From contig JACZYK010000001.1 in assembly GCA_022571135.1 (NCBI GenBank), positions 1-37,552 of the forward strand: 37,552 nt of DNA, read 5' to 3'. Under the pieces are notes generated by a model. The model was given only the letters and a program-made list of their open reading frames with translations, did no database searches and had not been told where the DNA came from. A program made the translations under genes and the position numbers. Positions 33,901 to 37,552 of this stretch are shown in pieces. The number at the start of each line of letters is the position of its first letter. Within the stretch, counting starts at the first letter, position 1. Origin of the DNA: Bacteroidota bacterium. GTDB lineage: Bacteria > Bacteroidota > Rhodothermia > Rhodothermales > UBA10348.

Positions 33901-35051
33901 TAGTCGAAGACGAGCATACGCTGCGTCGGCTTCTCGAATACCGACTCGGGAAGCTCTATACCGTTCGTACCGCTGCGAACGGGGAAGAGGCCTTGGAAAA
34001 AATCGCGGAAGAACTCCCGCAGTTGATCATCTCGGATATCATGATGCCGAAGATGGACGGCTTCGCCCTCCAGACGGCATTGCAGGAGCGAAAAGATACA
34101 CGTGCCATTCCCTTTATCTTCCTGACGGCGAAAGCCGACGAGGCGAGCCGGCTGAAGGGACTGCGCACCGGCGTCGACGATTATATAACGAAGCCGTTCG
34201 ATTTGGATCAGCTACTCTCGCGCGTTGAGCGCCTGCTCGATCGCACGAAGATGTTCCAAACGCAGCTCGACGCACGCATTGGCAAGGACTTCTCTCGCAA
34301 ACTCATGCCAAAGCGGCTTCCGGATGTCGCCGGCTATCGGACACTGTTCTACAACAGTCCGCGGGATCACGGCGGAGGTGACATTTTCGACTGGACGGAA
34401 TTCCGTCCGGGCAGTTACTTCATCACGATCGGTGATGTGATGGGCAAGGGGCTTCAGGCCAAGTTCTACGCCTTCAGCTTCCTCGGATATATTCGTAGCA
34501 CGCTTCATACGATGATGCACACTACAAATTCTCCCGCCGAACTGATGAAGCGTGTCAACCAGGCATTGATGGGTGATGCCACGCTGGATGACACGTTCGC
34601 TTCTCTCCTCCTGCTTCGTTGGGAGCCGGCGAAGAATATGATCACGTACGCAAATGCCGGACACTGTCGTCCCGTACTGACAGGACCCCGAGGCTCCGAA
34701 ATACTCACCCACTCGGACATCATCCTCGGACTGGACCAGAATGCCCAATTCAAGGACACGTCGCTGGTGTTGAATCCGGGCTCGGGGATCGTCGCCTATA
34801 CCGATGGAATCCTCGAGCAGCGCATGAAATCCGGCGAACAGCTGGGTGAAGAAGGCATCATCGAGACGGTCGAATCCGCCTACGGATCAGCAGAACCGGT
34901 GGAACGGATGATCGATAGCGTCCTCGATGACTCCGAAACGCGTGAATTCGGTGACGACGTTCTCATTTTCTGGCTGCAGAGACTAGCAGTGCGAGAGCAT
35001 CGCGAACCCCGCTGGTTCTCTCCTTTCACTGATGTCTCTGAAGGTGCTTGA
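33879..35051 (+). CDS. Response-regulator receiver fused to a PP2C/SpoIIE serine phosphatase (RsbU-like)
   Basis: REC domain (ILVVEDE ... SDIMMPKMDGF ... LTAK) followed by a SpoIIE-type PP2C domain (GGDIFDW, GDVMGKGLQA, YTDGILE). Confidence 0.85.
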   Translation: MAEYSILVVEDEHTLRRLLEYRLGKLYTVRTAANGEEALEKIAEELPQLIISDIMMPKMDGFALQTALQERKDTRAIPFIFLTAKADEASRLKGLRTGVDDYITKPFDLDQLLSRVERLLDRTKMFQTQLDARIGKDFSRKLMPKRLPDVAGYRTLFYNSPRDHGGGDIFDWTEFRPGSYFITIGDVMGKGLQAKFYAFSFLGYIRSTLHTMMHTTNSPAELMKRVNQALMGDATLDDTFASLLLLRWEPAKNMITYANAGHCRPVLTGPRGSEILTHSDIILGLDQNAQFKDTSLVLNPGSGIVAYTDGILEQRMKSGEQLGEEGIIETVESAYGSAEPVERMIDSVLDDSETREFGDDVLIFWLQRLAVREHREPRWFSPFTDVSEGA

Positions 35052-35241
35052 GCAAATCGCCAGGCGCGGCTGATCGCGCACCACGCCCGATCCCGTTCAA
35101 CGTTCACCGTTTCATCCTGTCGACATCGAGTCCCGATCTCCAGGATGGTTTCGTCCGCTCATCCATTGACGAATAAGTCCCTTGTTCCAAGGCGCAACCC
35201 GGCATTCCTTACAGAGAGGAAATCCAACTTGGATGTGGGCC

Positions 35242-35727
35242 ATGAATCGATCCTCAGCAATGCTCGTCGCCGTTATTGTTTTCGGCGTGGCCGGATGCCA
35301 AGACATCAGCTCCGAGCATGATGAAGACCCGATCATAGCGCTGCCAGAAAAATAGGTGGCGTTCGACCAACGGTTCGAGGTGGGTCTGGGCGAGAGGGTG
35401 GTTTTAGAAAATACGGGCACGGAAATCACCTTCTCTGCGGTTACCCACGATTACCGCTGTCCCTGCGATGTCCAGTGCATTCAAGCAGGCGAGGCCGGAA
35501 TCGTTTTGACCGTAACGGACAGTCTCGGTAATGATTCGCAGGTTTTTATTACCATTCCCGGACTTATTCTGACGCCCTATCGGGCCGATGATGCCACGGG
35601 CCATGGAAACCGGCATTTTCGACTCATGCGTTTGAACCCTTATCCGAATACCGGCCAGGACCAGAGTGTACAGGACTATCGCGCTCTCATGATGATCGAA
35701 TCCGTGTTGGACGATCGGGGCGTGTGA
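35242..35727 (+). pseudogene. Lipoprotein gene interrupted by an in-frame TAG (a 37-codon signal-peptide ORF plus a 123-codon mature-domain ORF in the same frame)
   Basis: ATG 35242 encodes MNRSSAMLVAVIVFGVAGC (lipobox VAGC) ... ALPEK, then TAG at 35353-35355. The tracked ORF at 35356-35727 starts on the very next codon in the same frame, and its Cys-containing CPCDVQC domain has no signal peptide of its own. Confidence 0.5.
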
Positions 35728-35854
35728 TTCACACATTTTTCCCTGCCTTTTCGAGAAAGATTGCCGTCCAGTCCGTTTATCTTTGCGCGCTCGTGACCGG
35801 ATCACTATGATTTGGTCTGAAACCGTAGAGACATCATCAATTCCGATTCGCGAT

Positions 35855-36286
35855 ATGGCGGTGGAACGAACACTTGCGATTCTCAAACCGGACTGTGTCC
35901 ACAAAAATCTCGTCGGCGAAGTAATCCGTAGAATTCAGGACGCCGGTTTTTCCATTCGAGCCCTCCGGATGGTTCGCCTTTCAAAAGCGGAGGCAGAAGG
36001 ATTTTACGCCGTTCACAAGGAGCAACCTTTTTTTGGAGACCTGACGGACTTCATGTCGAGTGGCCCGTGTGTGTTGATCGTCCTCGAAAAACAAGATGCG
36101 GTATCGGATTTCCGTCTCCTCATCGGAGCCACGGATCCTTCGCAAGCCGATGCCGGAACGATCCGTCATGATTTCGCCGAATCGAAAGGACAGAACATCG
36201 TCCATGGGTCCGACTCCTCTAAAAACGGCTTGAGTGAATCAAATTATTTCTTTGCTGATCTCGAAATGGTCGGTAACGCCGACTAG
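35855..36286 (+). CDS. ndk: Nucleoside-diphosphate kinase
   Basis: [14 protein letters not shown]-terminus and the active-site NIVHGSD. It is 143 aa from ATG 35855. The tracked start at 35783 adds a non-conserved extension. Confidence 0.95.
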   Translation: MAVERTLAILKPDCVHKNLVGEVIRRIQDAGFSIRALRMVRLSKAEAEGFYAVHKEQPFFGDLTDFMSSGPCVLIVLEKQDAVSDFRLLIGATDPSQADAGTIRHDFAESKGQNIVHGSDSSKNGLSESNYFFADLEMVGNAD

Positions 36287-36293
36287 GTTCGGC

Positions 36294-37541
36294 GTGCTCG
36301 TTGTCCTCGTTGCTACACTTTTTTCAGCGTGCGCCGAGCGGGCAGACGATCCGAACGTCGCGTTCGTCGAGACCGGCGCGCGTATACTGGTCGACGGGGG
36401 GTTCGAGCCCCTTCGTGGAAAGCGCGTGGGCCTGATCACAAACCAGTCGGCGCGCGTAGACTCAGTCCACCTGATCGATGCGCTGTTGTCCTCTCCGGAC
36501 GTGGAACTCCTTGCCCTTTTCGGACCCGAACACGGAATCCGGGGCGATGTAGAAGACGGCGCTGCCATCAAGAGCGGCGCGGATTCCATCATGGGAATTC
36601 CCGTCTACAGTCTGTACGGATCGACCCGGGCGCCCGAACCGGAGACGCTCGAGAATCTGGATGTAATCGTGTTCGACATCCAGGATGTCGGAGCGCGTTT
36701 CTACACGTTCATCTCTACGATGGGGTACTCCATGCAGGCAGCGGCCAGAGCGGGGATTCCGTTTATGGTGCTCGACCGCCCCAATCCGCTCGGAGGCACA
36801 CGGATTGACGGCTTCGTCCTGGATACGCTTCACCAGTCGTTCGTCGGACTCTATCCAATTCCGGTCCAACACGGAATGACCGTGGGAGAACTGGCGACGA
36901 TGATCAAAGGGGAGAGCTTTCTGGAGGACCTGGAAGATCTGGATCTTGTTATCATTGGGATGAAGGGATGGCGCAGGAAAATGATCTGGCCCGACACCGG
37001 GCTGCCATGGACTCCGACGAGTCCGAATATTCCGAACTTCGAGACCGCCCTGGTCTATCCGGGCATGTGTTTTTTTGAGGGCACGGTGGTGAGCGAGGGA
37101 CGCGGTACGGACGCGCCGTTCCTCACGATTGGAGCGCCCTGGCTGGACGCCCTCCGCGCCGCCCGGGAACTCAACACGATGGGATTGCCAGGCGTCCGGT
37201 TTTCTGCCGAGGACGTCAGACCAAGAAGCATCCCGGGCGTCTCGGACAGTCCTAAGTTTGAGGACGAGGCTATCCACGCTATCAGGGTCCATCTCACGAA
37301 TCCGCGCTCGTACGCTCCGCTCCCCACTGGAATCGCCGTTCTTAGCGCGGTGTACAGATTCAGTCCGGATGCCGAGCGAGCCTCCTTTTTCAAGCCGAGA
37401 TGGCTGAGCCTGCTCGCCGGCACGGACCGGTTGCACGAGGCCCTTCTCAGGGGCGACCCTCCGATGGATATAACGATGTCGTGGACCGAGGAAGTGGCGG
37501 CGTTCGGCGCGCGTAGAAAGAGGTATCTCCGCTACGATTGA
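36294..37541 (+). CDS. DUF1343 family protein (NamZ-like exo-beta-N-acetylmuramidase), probable lipoprotein
   Basis: LITNQSARVDS, LFGPEHGIRG, DVIVFDIQDVGARFYTF and LDRPNPLGG motifs. GTG 36294 gives MLVVLVATLFSAC with a lipobox-like signal. Alternative starts are TTG 36252 and GTG 36234, both of which overlap ndk. Confidence 0.85.
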   Translation: MLVVLVATLFSACAERADDPNVAFVETGARILVDGGFEPLRGKRVGLITNQSARVDSVHLIDALLSSPDVELLALFGPEHGIRGDVEDGAAIKSGADSIMGIPVYSLYGSTRAPEPETLENLDVIVFDIQDVGARFYTFISTMGYSMQAAARAGIPFMVLDRPNPLGGTRIDGFVLDTLHQSFVGLYPIPVQHGMTVGELATMIKGESFLEDLEDLDLVIIGMKGWRRKMIWPDTGLPWTPTSPNIPNFETALVYPGMCFFEGTVVSEGRGTDAPFLTIGAPWLDALRAARELNTMGLPGVRFSAEDVRPRSIPGVSDSPKFEDEAIHAIRVHLTNPRSYAPLPTGIAVLSAVYRFSPDAERASFFKPRWLSLLAGTDRLHEALLRGDPPMDITMSWTEEVAAFGARRKRYLRYD

Positions 37542-37552
37542 CCTCGCGCAAA

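Noticed and set aside
35112-35429. 105-aa minus-strand ORF
   Set aside because: It lies antisense to the lipoprotein signal-peptide ORF and has no motifs. The plus-strand reading (lipobox plus a same-frame downstream domain) explains the region better.

Overview
This is a chromosomal, mostly housekeeping window, about half G+C by eye. It probably comes from an FCB-group bacterium (Bacteroidota/Rhodothermota/Balneolota-like). The hints are a DUF5683 gene directly after parB, an rpsF-rpsR-rplI operon with no ssb/priB, a serine-palmitoyltransferase-like gene, and an lptC/ostA-like/lptB cluster.

Genes I can support: radA, rpiA, two MacB/FtsX-type permeases, a GNAT, a UvrD-family helicase, parA/parB, a DUF5683 gene, an SPT-like alpha-oxoamine synthase, an uncharacterised acyltransferase-like gene translationally coupled to a HAD hydrolase, a GT2 glycosyltransferase, a rhomboid protease, a sigma-70-family factor, a USP, dsbD, rplI/rpsR/rpsF, prfA, glmS, a type I-beta DAHP synthase, tyrS, lptB (with an N-terminal TPR extension), a large OstA-like protein, lptC, a B3/4-domain protein, a STAS / RsbW-like kinase / REC-PP2C partner-switching module, ndk and a DUF1343 (NamZ-like) gene. 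I saw no tRNA, rRNA, CRISPR array, transposase or integrase.

The most interesting locus is the 1.46 kb protein-free gap at 15374-16835. On the minus strand it has an exact TTGACA-17-TATAAT promoter and an intrinsic terminator. Between them lies about 1.07 kb of purine-rich sequence full of GAAA- and UUCG-capped hairpins, including seven to eight tandem 48-nt units with stem covariation and about three GGA per unit. I read this as an undescribed large structured RNA, either a protein-sponge-like RNA or a giant cis leader for the GT2 gene.

Other points of note:
- A dispersed intergenic repeat family (16-nt box GGCCTGTTAACGCTAC plus hairpin modules) with at least six copies, including an inverted pair that splits parA from parB.
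- A lipoprotein gene interrupted by an in-frame TAG.
- A 21-bp in-frame tandem repeat in the parA tail.
- A GC-rich compositional break at the left edge.

All coordinates and folds were derived by hand. No database search was possible.
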